Source: Candidatus Moraniibacteriota bacterium
GTDB taxonomy: Bacteria; Patescibacteriota; Minisyncoccia; Moranbacterales; UBA2206
Direction of reading: 5' to 3'
Length of the DNA stretch: 64,000 nucleotides
Assembly: GCA_030645735.1 (NCBI GenBank)
Contig: JAUSNP010000005.1
Location: 72,151-136,150, forward strand
Positions 9,732 through 18,704 of the stretch are shown piece by piece. A program made the position numbers and the translations under genes. Every line of letters begins with the position of its first letter. Within the stretch, counting starts at the first letter, position 1. The notes below the pieces were generated by a model. The model was not told the origin of the DNA, searched no databases, and saw only the letters and a list, made by a program, of their open reading frames with translations.

Positions 9732-10241
9732 TTATGTGTTTTTCTTTTTCTTAGAATAGAAAAACCAGCCATAAAGAAGCGCCAAGAGGATTAAATTTGG
9801 AATGTATATAATTGGGTTGCCCCAGCTGATGCCATTGACATGAAAATCAGAGATTGGCCATAAAAATGGTGTTGGGAAGAAGGCATTTGAGTGGGATGGA
9901 ATGTCGATGAGAATATGCAGTCCCCATGCGCCAATTTCCCAAAGCGGTTTTTTTCTAATCAACCAGATTATGAAAAAAATTATCAAAAATATAATCAGAC
10001 TGTGAGTCAGATCGTAAAGGGGATTTACATAGAATGGAAGTGAAGCGTGTTCTGGGCGGAAAGATTGCACTGGCATATCTCCAGAAACAATTCCAAATCG
10101 GATCATGATTCTATGAAAAAAAAGAATGCCGAATGAAAAAAGATCTGGCATGATTCCGAAAAAGAAAGCCAGCCAAAAAAGTTTGTGACTTTTCTGTCCA
10201 AACACGCCGCTGCCCCAGAGTCCATGAGAGATTATATCCAT
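9732..10241 (-). CDS. Membrane-bound metal-dependent hydrolase (YdjM-like)
   Basis: MDIISHGLW, PDL, THSL, HILIDIPSH motifs and hydrophobic segments. Confidence 0.8.
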   Translation of the reverse strand: MDIISHGLWGSGVFGQKSHKLFWLAFFFGIMPDLFSFGILFFHRIMIRFGIVSGDMPVQSFRPEHASLPFYVNPLYDLTHSLIIFLIIFFIIWLIRKKPLWEIGAWGLHILIDIPSHSNAFFPTPFLWPISDFHVNGISWGNPIIYIPNLILLALLYGWFFYSKKKKNT

Positions 10242-10441
10242 AGGATTATTTTAGCATAAAATAGTTAAGCAGTCTTGGGTTTAGGGTTTATATGATCCGC
10301 TTGCATTTTAGTGGTTATGTCTGTTAGAATGCGGGTAGTTTGGTGGTTCGTTGAAAATATAGGCACATATAATATATGCGCTTTCAATATAAAAACTGGC
10401 TTAATTGAGTCAAAAACTTAACACGGAGGCTGGGTCTACTG

Positions 10442-11179
10442 ATGGCTACTACTAAAAAGAAGAATGGGAAAGTGCATAATAAAGGAAATGACATCTCGGA
10501 AGCCTATTATTTTATTATGCATGGGTGTGCTAATCCGGCACAGCTAAAGCCACACGACTGGCTTATTCTTATCGACTATTCTTTGAAGGCCTGTGCTTCT
10601 GTTATGCGTAAGGTGGCAGAAGAAAGGGGTAGTAAAGCAGTTCTTATGAAGGATATTCTAAATTGTTCAGTTGAGGGAGGGGAATATGGCGAAAAAAGAA
10701 TCACTCCTGATGAGGTCATTCGTGGTCTGCCGGGAGCACTGACCGTCAATGACAAGTGGCTTTTTATTCCTGTGCGCACCTTGGAGTCAAGGGAAAAAGA
10801 TGGCAAGTTTTTTGAAAGACGCTTGTTCATTCTCGCTGATTTCGCCCACCTCTTGATTGTGGATGTGGTATTTCGTAAAGAGCCACAGCCGAATCAACGA
10901 GAGGGTATTAAAAAGCCGTTGTTCGACGAGCATGTTCTGGAATGCAAGGTAATGATCGACAAGGAGTGTCTGAGTATGAAAGCAGATGGATTCTTCGAGA
11001 TCATCATGCGTCATCTCGGACATTCCAAGGATAAATTGGGTGAGTACATAATCAAAAATATCCTGGAAGATGCTGTAACTGAGTTAAGGAAAATACGAAG
11101 TAAGACTGAGAAGATTCAGAAAGAGATGCAGCCATTTCTTGATTTGCGGAGGCGGTTGGGAATTTCTGACTGCATCTGA
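10442..11179 (+). CDS. Hypothetical protein (orphan)
   Basis: 245-aa ORF with SD GGAGG, own promoter-like sequence and terminator hairpin (about 11201-11238). Confidence 0.7.
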   Translation: MATTKKKNGKVHNKGNDISEAYYFIMHGCANPAQLKPHDWLILIDYSLKACASVMRKVAEERGSKAVLMKDILNCSVEGGEYGEKRITPDEVIRGLPGALTVNDKWLFIPVRTLESREKDGKFFERRLFILADFAHLLIVDVVFRKEPQPNQREGIKKPLFDEHVLECKVMIDKECLSMKADGFFEIIMRHLGHSKDKLGEYIIKNILEDAVTELRKIRSKTEKIQKEMQPFLDLRRRLGISDCI

Positions 11180-11256
11180 GTCGACGCTGCAATTAAAGGA
11201 CAGAGGGGTACTGGCAAAGTTATGCTGGCGCCCCTCTTGTATTTGGATTGTTCAGC

Positions 11257-11700
11257 GTTTTTATTTTTGCAAAATAAAACAAAGTGTCCATTTTCTTTGG
11301 CAGCAAAGGTCGGTTCTAACTTTCTTTTGGCACACAAAAGAAAGTTACAAAGAAAATGTGCCGCCCAGCAAAATTTAAAAATAAATTTTCAGTTTCTTCG
11401 CTAAAATTCCAATAAGTGTTAGAAAGGCTATCTAGTATGTAATTTTTTAACGCTCATGCGCTGAAATTTAGAAACGCACTTCGTTATGGGCGAATCGGTT
11501 TTTTTGAGTTGTTAGCTTAAAAACTTTTACGCACTCGCGGAATACCAAGATACAAATTGAAACTTACGAGCACTAAAAAATGCTGGTCCGGCGCGGGGCA
11601 ACCGGCATTTTTTTGCGAGAAAGTTGAAAATTTGTCTTGGTATGCAGCTGTGCGGCCTTTTTCTTTTTTGCCACTTTTCTTTTGGGAAAAGAAAAATGGC
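11257..11700. repeat. Intergenic cluster of hairpins (MITE/REP-like)
   Basis: AACTTTCTTTTGGCACACAAAAGAAAGTT, GCCACTTTTCTTTGGGAAAAGAAAAATGGC and a ~120-nt imperfect hairpin at 11531-11653. Confidence 0.5.
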
Positions 11701-11773
11701 GAACTGTATTTTTATGAAATAAAAATAACGTGCACTCAAAAAACTCACCCTTACGGATGAGTTTTTTATGTTT

Positions 11774-14700
11774 TTAGAAGATAGATATTTTTGCTTCCGG
11801 AATAATATTTTTCAAGTTTGTTTCGAGGTTGTTGGATTGGGTGATGCAATATGGCGTTTCAAGTTTTTGATTGTTGATGGAAAGATAGACTTTGAGGGCG
11901 CCAGCGTCACAGCGGTCGAAATATTGCGAAAGTTTTTTGAGGACATCTTGCTCGGCGTTGCTAGGTAGGGTGATGATCATTTTGGTGGCATCAGCTTTTG
12001 GCTCTGGTGTCTTTTCGTTCAATTTGCGCGTAGCCAAAATGCGGCTGAATTTTTCCACCTCAGCTTGGTTGATGACGGTGACAGTGTCGCACAGGATTTT
12101 GAAATTGCCATCTTTGTCAGAAATTTTTCCACCCACCAGTACGACCTTATCTTCTTCCCAAACTGCGCCAGTAGTGTCGAGAATTTTTGGGAAAACCAAA
12201 ATTTCCATAGCCGCATCCGTGTCTTCAATAGTCACAAACAACATGGTCTTTTGGGTTTTCAAATAGATTTTGTGAATTTTGGAAATAACGCCACCAACGT
12301 TGATATTTTGTCCGACGTGAGAAGAGTTGATATCTCGAATCGGCACACCCATCTGAGCAAAATAATCCTTGTATTCTCGCGCTGGATGATCACTGATATA
12401 GAGCCCCATCAATTCTTTTTCCCAACTCAGACGTTGTTTTTTGGTAGCCGGTTCACATTCAACCATGGCAATTTCTGGTAGGGCAATTTCCGAGGCACCG
12501 AACAGACTGCCTTGTTGTGAATTCTGATTTTTCTGAAAAGTCTTGGAATGGGAGATGATGTTTTCAATGGAAGCCACCACCTGATTTCTTTCAGCGAGTC
12601 CCTCCAGGGCGCCAACTTTGGCTAAAGCTTCAATAGATTTTTTGTTCAAATCTTTGGTTTGCACTCTTTCGACAAAATCAGTCAGAGATTTGAATTTGCC
12701 ACCTCTTTTTCTTTCCTCCACAATTTCATGCGCTACATTGTGGCCGACATTTTTGATAGCATTGAGTCCAAAACGAATGCGTTCTTTTTTGGTTTCTGGA
12801 TCAATAATTACTGCAAATTCTTCAAAACTTTCATTGATATGTGGCGCCATAACCTCAATGCCCATATCACGACACTCAGAAACTTCAATAGCGACACGAT
12901 CGATGTTGTCTTGGTCAGAAGTGAGTAGGGCGGCCATGAATGGCGCTGGAAAATGCGCTTTCAAGTAGGCGGTTTGATAACCAATGAGTCCGTAGCAAGC
13001 CGCATGAGAGCGATTGAATCCATAACCAGCAAATGGCTCAATGTATTCAAAAACTTTTTCACCAATTTTGCGATCCACACCTTGCGTTACACATCCCTCA
13101 ATGAATTTTATTTTCTGTTCGGCAATCAAGGCAAAAATTTTCTTGCCCATAGCCTTGCGCAAAACATCAGCTTCGCCCAAAGAGAAACCAGCCAAATCGC
13201 GCGCAATTTGCATAACCTGTTCTTGATAAACAGCTACGCCGTAAGTTTTTTTGAGAATCGGTTCCAAATTTGGATGCAGATAGGACATTTTTTTCTCACC
13301 ATGTTTTCGGGCGATGAAATCGGGAATCCAATCCATTGGTCCTGGGCGATAGAGAGCTACCATAGCAATGATGTCCTCTAACTCAGTCGGTTTCAAAAGT
13401 TTCAAGTATCTTTTCATACCAGAACTTTCTAGCTGAAAGACGCCAGTAGTTTCAGCTCGTTGCAAAAGTTCAAAGGCTTTGGCATCATCTAGTGGAATGG
13501 TATCAATATCAACTTCGAGACCTTCTAACTTTTTGACAATGCGCAAAGTGTTTTGAATGATGGTGAGATTTTTGAGTCCCAAAAAGTCCATCTTGAGGAG
13601 TCCAATTTTTTCTACAAAACTGGATTTGGTTGAGGATGAATATTGTGTTACTGTCCCGCCATTTTCACCACCCTTGATGATATTCTGCAAGGGAGTGTAT
13701 TCTGTCACAGGATCTTTGGTAATCACTACGCCACACGCATGCATTGAAGCATGACGAATCACGCCTTCTAAACGTTTAGCGCTGTCGATCAATTTTTTGG
13801 CGCTGGGATCCATGCCATAGAAATCTTTGAATTCTTTGGATTCTTCCAAGGCTTCTTCAATAGTAGAAAATTGCGGAATAAGTTTGGCAGTCTTGTCACA
13901 GAAATCATATGGAATGCCCAAAGCGCGGCCAGCATCACGAATGGCGGCGCGGGCGGCCATAGTTCCAAAGGTGATGATTTGGGCCACATGATCATTGCCA
14001 TATTTGCGACGCACATATTGCAAAACTTCATCACGTCGGTCATCAGCAAAGTCCATATCAACATCGGGCATAGAGACTCGTTCCGGATTCAAGAATCTTT
14101 CAAAGAGCAAATCATATTTGATTGGATCGATGTTAGTGATACCAGTCAGATAGGAAACGAAACTGCCAGCGGCACTACCACGGCCTGGGCCAACAATGAT
14201 GCCTTGGCTACGAGCCCAGTTGGTGAAATCTTGTACGATCAAAAAGTATGAGGCATAGCCAGTTTTTTCAATAACACTCATTTCATAATCCATTCGGTCA
14301 CGATGAATTTTGGTCACGTCGTCACCAAAACGTTTGATGAGACCATCCTCACAAAGTTTTTCCAAATAGGTTTGGGCGGTGAAGCCTGCAGGGAAATCGA
14401 AATGGGGGAGTTGCGTTTCGCCAAGCTTGATTTCCAAATTGCACTTGTCGACAATCTCCTGTGTATTGGCAATGGCTTCAGGAATATAGTCAAAATGCTC
14501 AGCCATTTCTTCTGGACTTTTCAAATACAATTCAAAATCCATCAGATTCATACGATCAGCCTCATCAACTTTGCGGTTGGTTTGGATGCACAAAAGAATG
14601 TCTTGAATTTCGGCGTCTTCTTTTTTGATGTAGTGAATGTCATTGGTCGCCACAACTTTGATGTCGAGTTTTTTGCCCAGCTCAATGAGTCCGCGATTGG

Positions 14701-15277
14701 CAACTTCTTGATTGGGATATTTGGGATGATGTTGAATTTCGAAATAGAAATCACCTTTGCCAAAAATGTCTTGATATTCTAGTGCCAATTCTTCGGCCTT
14801 GGCCAAATCACCCATGATGATGTGGGCGGGCACTTCACCTTGCGCGCAAGCAGAAAGACCGATGAGACCTTCGGAATATTTGCGCAAAGTTTGGCGATCG
14901 ATTCTCGGCTTGTAATAGAATCCTTCCAGATGAGCAATAGTGATGAGGCGCATCAAGTTTTTGTAGCCCGCTTCGTTTTTGGCTAGGATGATCAAATGAA
15001 ATCTTTTTTTATCTTCCGCCGTTGGATTCTTGCTGTGCAAATCATTGGCAGTCACATAGAACTCACAGCCAATAATCGGTTTGATGCCACGCTCTTTGGC
15101 TTTGATATAAAACTCAATGGCGCCATAGAGAACCCCATGATCAGTGATGGCCAAAGAATCCATGCCCAACTCCTTGGCATGATCAAGAATTTTGTCAACT
15201 TTGGCCAAGCCGTCGAGAAGGCTGTAATGAGTATGAACATGTAAGTGGGTAAATTTTGTTTTAGTAGATTCAGACAT
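11774..15277 (-). CDS. dnaE: DNA polymerase III alpha subunit
   Basis: PHP HLHVHTHYSLLDG, GPGRGSAAGS, FERFLNPERVSMPDVDMDF, YGFNRSHA, OB fold. Confidence 0.99.
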   Translation of the reverse strand: MSESTKTKFTHLHVHTHYSLLDGLAKVDKILDHAKELGMDSLAITDHGVLYGAIEFYIKAKERGIKPIIGCEFYVTANDLHSKNPTAEDKKRFHLIILAKNEAGYKNLMRLITIAHLEGFYYKPRIDRQTLRKYSEGLIGLSACAQGEVPAHIIMGDLAKAEELALEYQDIFGKGDFYFEIQHHPKYPNQEVANRGLIELGKKLDIKVVATNDIHYIKKEDAEIQDILLCIQTNRKVDEADRMNLMDFELYLKSPEEMAEHFDYIPEAIANTQEIVDKCNLEIKLGETQLPHFDFPAGFTAQTYLEKLCEDGLIKRFGDDVTKIHRDRMDYEMSVIEKTGYASYFLIVQDFTNWARSQGIIVGPGRGSAAGSFVSYLTGITNIDPIKYDLLFERFLNPERVSMPDVDMDFADDRRDEVLQYVRRKYGNDHVAQIITFGTMAARAAIRDAGRALGIPYDFCDKTAKLIPQFSTIEEALEESKEFKDFYGMDPSAKKLIDSAKRLEGVIRHASMHACGVVITKDPVTEYTPLQNIIKGGENGGTVTQYSSSTKSSFVEKIGLLKMDFLGLKNLTIIQNTLRIVKKLEGLEVDIDTIPLDDAKAFELLQRAETTGVFQLESSGMKRYLKLLKPTELEDIIAMVALYRPGPMDWIPDFIARKHGEKKMSYLHPNLEPILKKTYGVAVYQEQVMQIARDLAGFSLGEADVLRKAMGKKIFALIAEQKIKFIEGCVTQGVDRKIGEKVFEYIEPFAGYGFNRSHAACYGLIGYQTAYLKAHFPAPFMAALLTSDQDNIDRVAIEVSECRDMGIEVMAPHINESFEEFAVIIDPETKKERIRFGLNAIKNVGHNVAHEIVEERKRGGKFKSLTDFVERVQTKDLNKKSIEALAKVGALEGLAERNQVVASIENIISHSKTFQKNQNSQQGSLFGASEIALPEIAMVECEPATKKQRLSWEKELMGLYISDHPAREYKDYFAQMGVPIRDINSSHVGQNINVGGVISKIHKIYLKTQKTMLFVTIEDTDAAMEILVFPKILDTTGAVWEEDKVVLVGGKISDKDGNFKILCDTVTVINQAEVEKFSRILATRKLNEKTPEPKADATKMIITLPSNAEQDVLKKLSQYFDRCDAGALKVYLSINNQKLETPYCITQSNNLETNLKNIIPEAKISIF

Positions 15278-15320
15278 GATATTTTAATGTGTAATTTTTT
15301 TAATTAATTTTTTCTGTTAG

Positions 15321-15438
15321 ATAAGTCTAAGGTCTAATATCTAAAGACTAAATGAAGTCTAAAATATTTAAGTCTAATTTCTTTTTACTTTATACTTTAG
15401 ATTTGTTTTAGTCTTTAGTCTTTGAAATTTAGACTTAT
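15321..15438. repeat. Inverted heptamer-period array (AAGTCTA / TAGACTT)
   Basis: Left arm TAAGTCT AAGGTCT AATATCT AAAGACT AAAT GAAGTCT; complementary right arm ending TTAGACTTAT. Confidence 0.8.
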
Positions 15439-15665
15439 AAAAAATAAAAAAACCACTATTCTAAAAAATAGGGCTTATGCGTCAAAAACTAATAAAAACT
15501 TTTTCATATGATTGTCTCTTCCTTCATAGCCCGGATTGCTCACTGGGTTTTGCAAGGTAGATTGATATGAAACAAGTATAGCATGGTTTGGAAAATAAAA
15601 GAACCCGCTAGAGACACGCATGAAATGTTCTTCATGGGTCTAGCGGGTTCTGGCGGGCAGGAGCA

Positions 15666-16061
15666 TCACGTAGGGATGCATCCTTGAATATTTTTGCGCA
15701 TTTCATTCTCTCCGGGGTGGGTTAAGGATAGGTTTCGCAGCATTTCATGTGGCTGCGTAATTCTTTGACTAACGCCTTTTTGCCAGTCGGCGTATTGTCG
15801 TCTGGCGATGATGTTTAGGGCGGTATAATAAATAAACCGTCCAACGACATATGCGTAATAGTGTATTGTCGGAATGGTGTTACGCATACATTTTGCAACA
15901 ACACGGCGATTGCGCCATGCCATCACGACACCGATAATGCTGCTGATGCCGGCGACTACCCATGCCATAAAAATTGGGTAGTGAACAACAACCACCGGAC
16001 CCATGGTGACTAGCGCCACCACGAAAATCGGAAAAACAGGAAAAGGGTTGGCCTCTTTCAT
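15666..16061 (-). CDS. Hypothetical membrane protein (orphan)
   Basis: Two hydrophobic N-terminal segments, SD AAGGAG, promoter TTGACT-17-GACAAT, terminator about 15601-15651. Confidence 0.6.
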   Translation of the reverse strand: MKEANPFPVFPIFVVALVTMGPVVVVHYPIFMAWVVAGISSIIGVVMAWRNRRVVAKCMRNTIPTIHYYAYVVGRFIYYTALNIIARRQYADWQKGVSQRITQPHEMLRNLSLTHPGENEMRKNIQGCIPT

Positions 16062-16297
16062 GTTTCTCTGTCTCCTTTAATTTTAAAAAAACAAATGTGC
16101 GATTGCAATAAATTATTCAGTCGCACGCTCCAATCTGACTTCAATTGTCGCATAAAAATGAATAAAAGTCAATAGATAAAGACCAATTGGAAGATTGTGG
16201 CTTAAATAAGGGTAAAATTAGCAAAAATTCCAAGTAATAATTTCTACTTATAAGATTGCTACTTAAATATTAGATATCAAGGTATAATTTATTTATT

Positions 16298-16984
16298 ATG
16301 ACAAAACAAAACGCATCTTCATTTGATTTAGAGAAAAAACTTTTGACCAAGGGCTATGTTTTTGTTATTGGTACGGATGAGGCAGGACGTGGACCTTTGG
16401 CTGGACCAGTAGTGGCGGCCGCGGCGATTTATCGCGGGGCAAATTTTGAAATTCCAGAGGAAAAAAAGAAGCTGATGGACTTTGTGCGCGATTCAAAAAC
16501 AGTTTCGCACAAAAAGCGTGAAGAACTTTTTGATTTCATCCATGAAAATTTCTATATCGGTGTGGGAATGTGTGATCACAAAACCATTGATGAAATCAAC
16601 ATTTTGGAAGCTAGCTTTTTGTCGATGAAAAAAGCGCTGTCGGATTTGAAAACAAAGTTTCGCCACGAGATGCCAAATTTTGATAACAATATTATTCTAG
16701 TAGACGGCAACAAAAAAATTCCTAACCTGTCGCTCTATCAAGAAGCGGTCATTGGTGGCGACCGAATTTCCAAATCCATCTCAGCGGCGTCAATCATTGC
16801 CAAAGTCATGCGTGACCGCCTGATGCTCGAGATGCACGAGAAATATCCGCAATATGGTTTCGACAAACACAAAGGCTATGGCACCAAACTGCACATGGAC
16901 GCCCTGCAACAATTTGGCCCATGCGAAATCCACCGCCAAACCTTCGAACCTATGCCCAGCCTTGCTAAAAATAGTAAAAGATGA
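16298..16984 (+). CDS. rnhB: Ribonuclease HII
   Basis: GTDEAGRGPLAGPVVAAA, RDSK, VDGN, SAASIIAKVMRD, HKGYGT. Confidence 0.97.
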   Translation: MTKQNASSFDLEKKLLTKGYVFVIGTDEAGRGPLAGPVVAAAAIYRGANFEIPEEKKKLMDFVRDSKTVSHKKREELFDFIHENFYIGVGMCDHKTIDEINILEASFLSMKKALSDLKTKFRHEMPNFDNNIILVDGNKKIPNLSLYQEAVIGGDRISKSISAASIIAKVMRDRLMLEMHEKYPQYGFDKHKGYGTKLHMDALQQFGPCEIHRQTFEPMPSLAKNSKR

Positions 16985-17035
16985 TAAATTAGTAAGTAAG
17001 TAAATAAAACTTAATCAGAGAATAATAATAACACT

Positions 17036-17236
17036 ATGTCAACACAGAAACAGAGACACACCAAAGGGCGAAGAGACCGAGCGAGAGCTGAATTGAAGCT
17101 CGTTTCAACTAAACTTGTAACTTGCACAAAATGTGGAGCCAAGATCAAAGCTCACATTACTTGTCCGAAATGCGGATTCTACAAGGGCGTAGAAGTTGTA
17201 GATACGATGAAAAAAGTAAAAAAACTCGCTAAGTAA
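17036..17236 (+). CDS. rpmF: 50S ribosomal protein L32
   Basis: Basic N-terminus, CTKCG...HITCPKCGFYKG. Confidence 0.93.
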   Translation: MSTQKQRHTKGRRDRARAELKLVSTKLVTCTKCGAKIKAHITCPKCGFYKGVEVVDTMKKVKKLAK

Positions 17237-17320
17237 AAGCGAATTTTAAACTAATAAAAACTAATGAGTGCGTTCGTTCTTATTTGCTCAATATTAGTTC
17301 AGAATTTGTGAGTTATATTT

Positions 17321-17827
17321 ATGGCTAATAGACACCTAGCACGTTCCATCGCAATGCAATCTCTTTATGAATGGGATTTCAAGGGCAAGAAGAACGAGAA
17401 TTTAGATGAGATTGTCAAAAAAAATATTGAAGAATTTGCTCCTGGACTTGAGGACAGTTCTTTTGTTTGTCATTTGGTGAAAAACACAGTAGCCAACCAA
17501 GGCAAAATTGATCCATTGATTGAAAAATGCGCGCCAGAATGGCCGTTGGATCAGGTGACAGTGGTGGATCGCAACATTTTGCGTTTGGGAATTTATGAAC
17601 TTTTGTTTGGCAATTATGAAGATGTTCCACCAAAAGTGGCCATCAACGAAGCCATCGAATTGGCCAAATCTTTTGGCGGTGAATCTTCCGGACGATTTGT
17701 GAATGGTGTACTTGGAACTATCTATCGAGAATTGGGCGAGCCGATGAAGAATGATACATCGAAAAAGAATAAACAGGTTGCGGAGGTCAAGTGTGATGGG
17801 GGTGAAGTGGTGGCCGAGGGGGTATAA
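17321..17827 (+). CDS. nusB: Transcription antitermination factor NusB
   Basis: [41 protein letters not shown]. Confidence 0.97.
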   Translation: MANRHLARSIAMQSLYEWDFKGKKNENLDEIVKKNIEEFAPGLEDSSFVCHLVKNTVANQGKIDPLIEKCAPEWPLDQVTVVDRNILRLGIYELLFGNYEDVPPKVAINEAIELAKSFGGESSGRFVNGVLGTIYRELGEPMKNDTSKKNKQVAEVKCDGGEVVAEGV

Positions 17828-17839
17828 TTAGTTTTTTTT

Positions 17840-17968
17840 AAATCTAAAGTCTAATTACTAAAGTCTAAATAAAGGCTAAAGTTTGAAAGTATAAAGTTTA
17901 AATAAAAAATATTTTAGACTTTAGACTTTAGAACTTCCTTTGGACTTTAAACTTTAGAATTTAGACTT
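17840..17968. repeat. Inverted heptamer-period array between nusB and rnc
   Basis: AAATCTA AAGTCTA ATTACTA AAGTCTA AATA AAGGCTA ... TTTAGAC TTTAGAC TTTAGAA CTTC. Confidence 0.85.
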
Positions 17969-17977
17969 CCAAATTTT

Positions 17978-18667
17978 GTGATTGAGGAATTAGCTGAAAA
18001 AATCGGCGTAAAATTTAATAATATTGAACTTTTGCAACAAGCTTTGACGCATCGTTCCTATTTGAATGAGCATCGAGACTACAAACTTGAGCACAATGAG
18101 CGCTTGGAGTTTCTGGGTGATGCTGTTTTGGAGTTGGTAGTGACCGAATATCTATATGCAAAATTTTCCAATCCAGAAGGTGAGCTGACCAATTGGCGCG
18201 CGTCATTGGTCAATGGTGAAATGTTGGCTAAGATTTCTGGTCGGATTGGTGTGGAAGAATTTTTGTTGATGAGCAAAGGTGAAGCCAAAGACACTGGCAA
18301 GGCGCGGCAATATTTGTTGGCCAACGCTTTCGAAGCTATTATCGGCGCAGTCTATTTGGATCAGAAAGAAAAAGGCTATGATGTTTGCAAAGAATTTATT
18401 TTGAAAAATGTTGTCTCTGAATTGGCTGAAATCATTGAAAACAAATCATATATGGATCCGAAAAGTCTTTTTCAAGAAAAGGCGCAGGAAAAAGTCAGTG
18501 TGACCCCGTCATACAAAGTCATTGAAGAGAGTGGCCCAGACCATGCGCGAAAATTTGTAGTTGGAGTCTATCTTGATCATGAACTGATTGCGTCTGGCGA
18601 AGGCATGTCCAAACAAGAAGCGCAAAGGAATGCGGCTGCTGCTGGGTTGGAGGCGAAAAAATGGTAA
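17978..18667 (+). CDS. rnc: Ribonuclease III
   Basis: ALTHRSY, NERLEFLGDAVL, dsRBD GPDH...SKQEAQRNAA; GTG start. Confidence 0.98.
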   Translation: MIEELAEKIGVKFNNIELLQQALTHRSYLNEHRDYKLEHNERLEFLGDAVLELVVTEYLYAKFSNPEGELTNWRASLVNGEMLAKISGRIGVEEFLLMSKGEAKDTGKARQYLLANAFEAIIGAVYLDQKEKGYDVCKEFILKNVVSELAEIIENKSYMDPKSLFQEKAQEKVSVTPSYKVIEESGPDHARKFVVGVYLDHELIASGEGMSKQEAQRNAAAAGLEAKKW

Positions 18668-18704
18668 TATAGAATTATATAATATCAATCTGCAAAAATA
18701 AAAA

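Noticed and set aside
11116-11760. Short ORFs between the 245-aa orphan and dnaE
   Set aside because: F/K-rich translations of palindromic low-complexity DNA with no SD or coding signature
11774-15277. Intein in DnaE
   Set aside because: The length (1167 aa) is normal and no splicing motifs or large insertion are evident
15514-15572. c-di-GMP-I riboswitch upstream of dnaE
   Set aside because: The GCAAA and GNRA resemblance is superficial and the two-stem consensus is not met; kept only as an unassigned candidate
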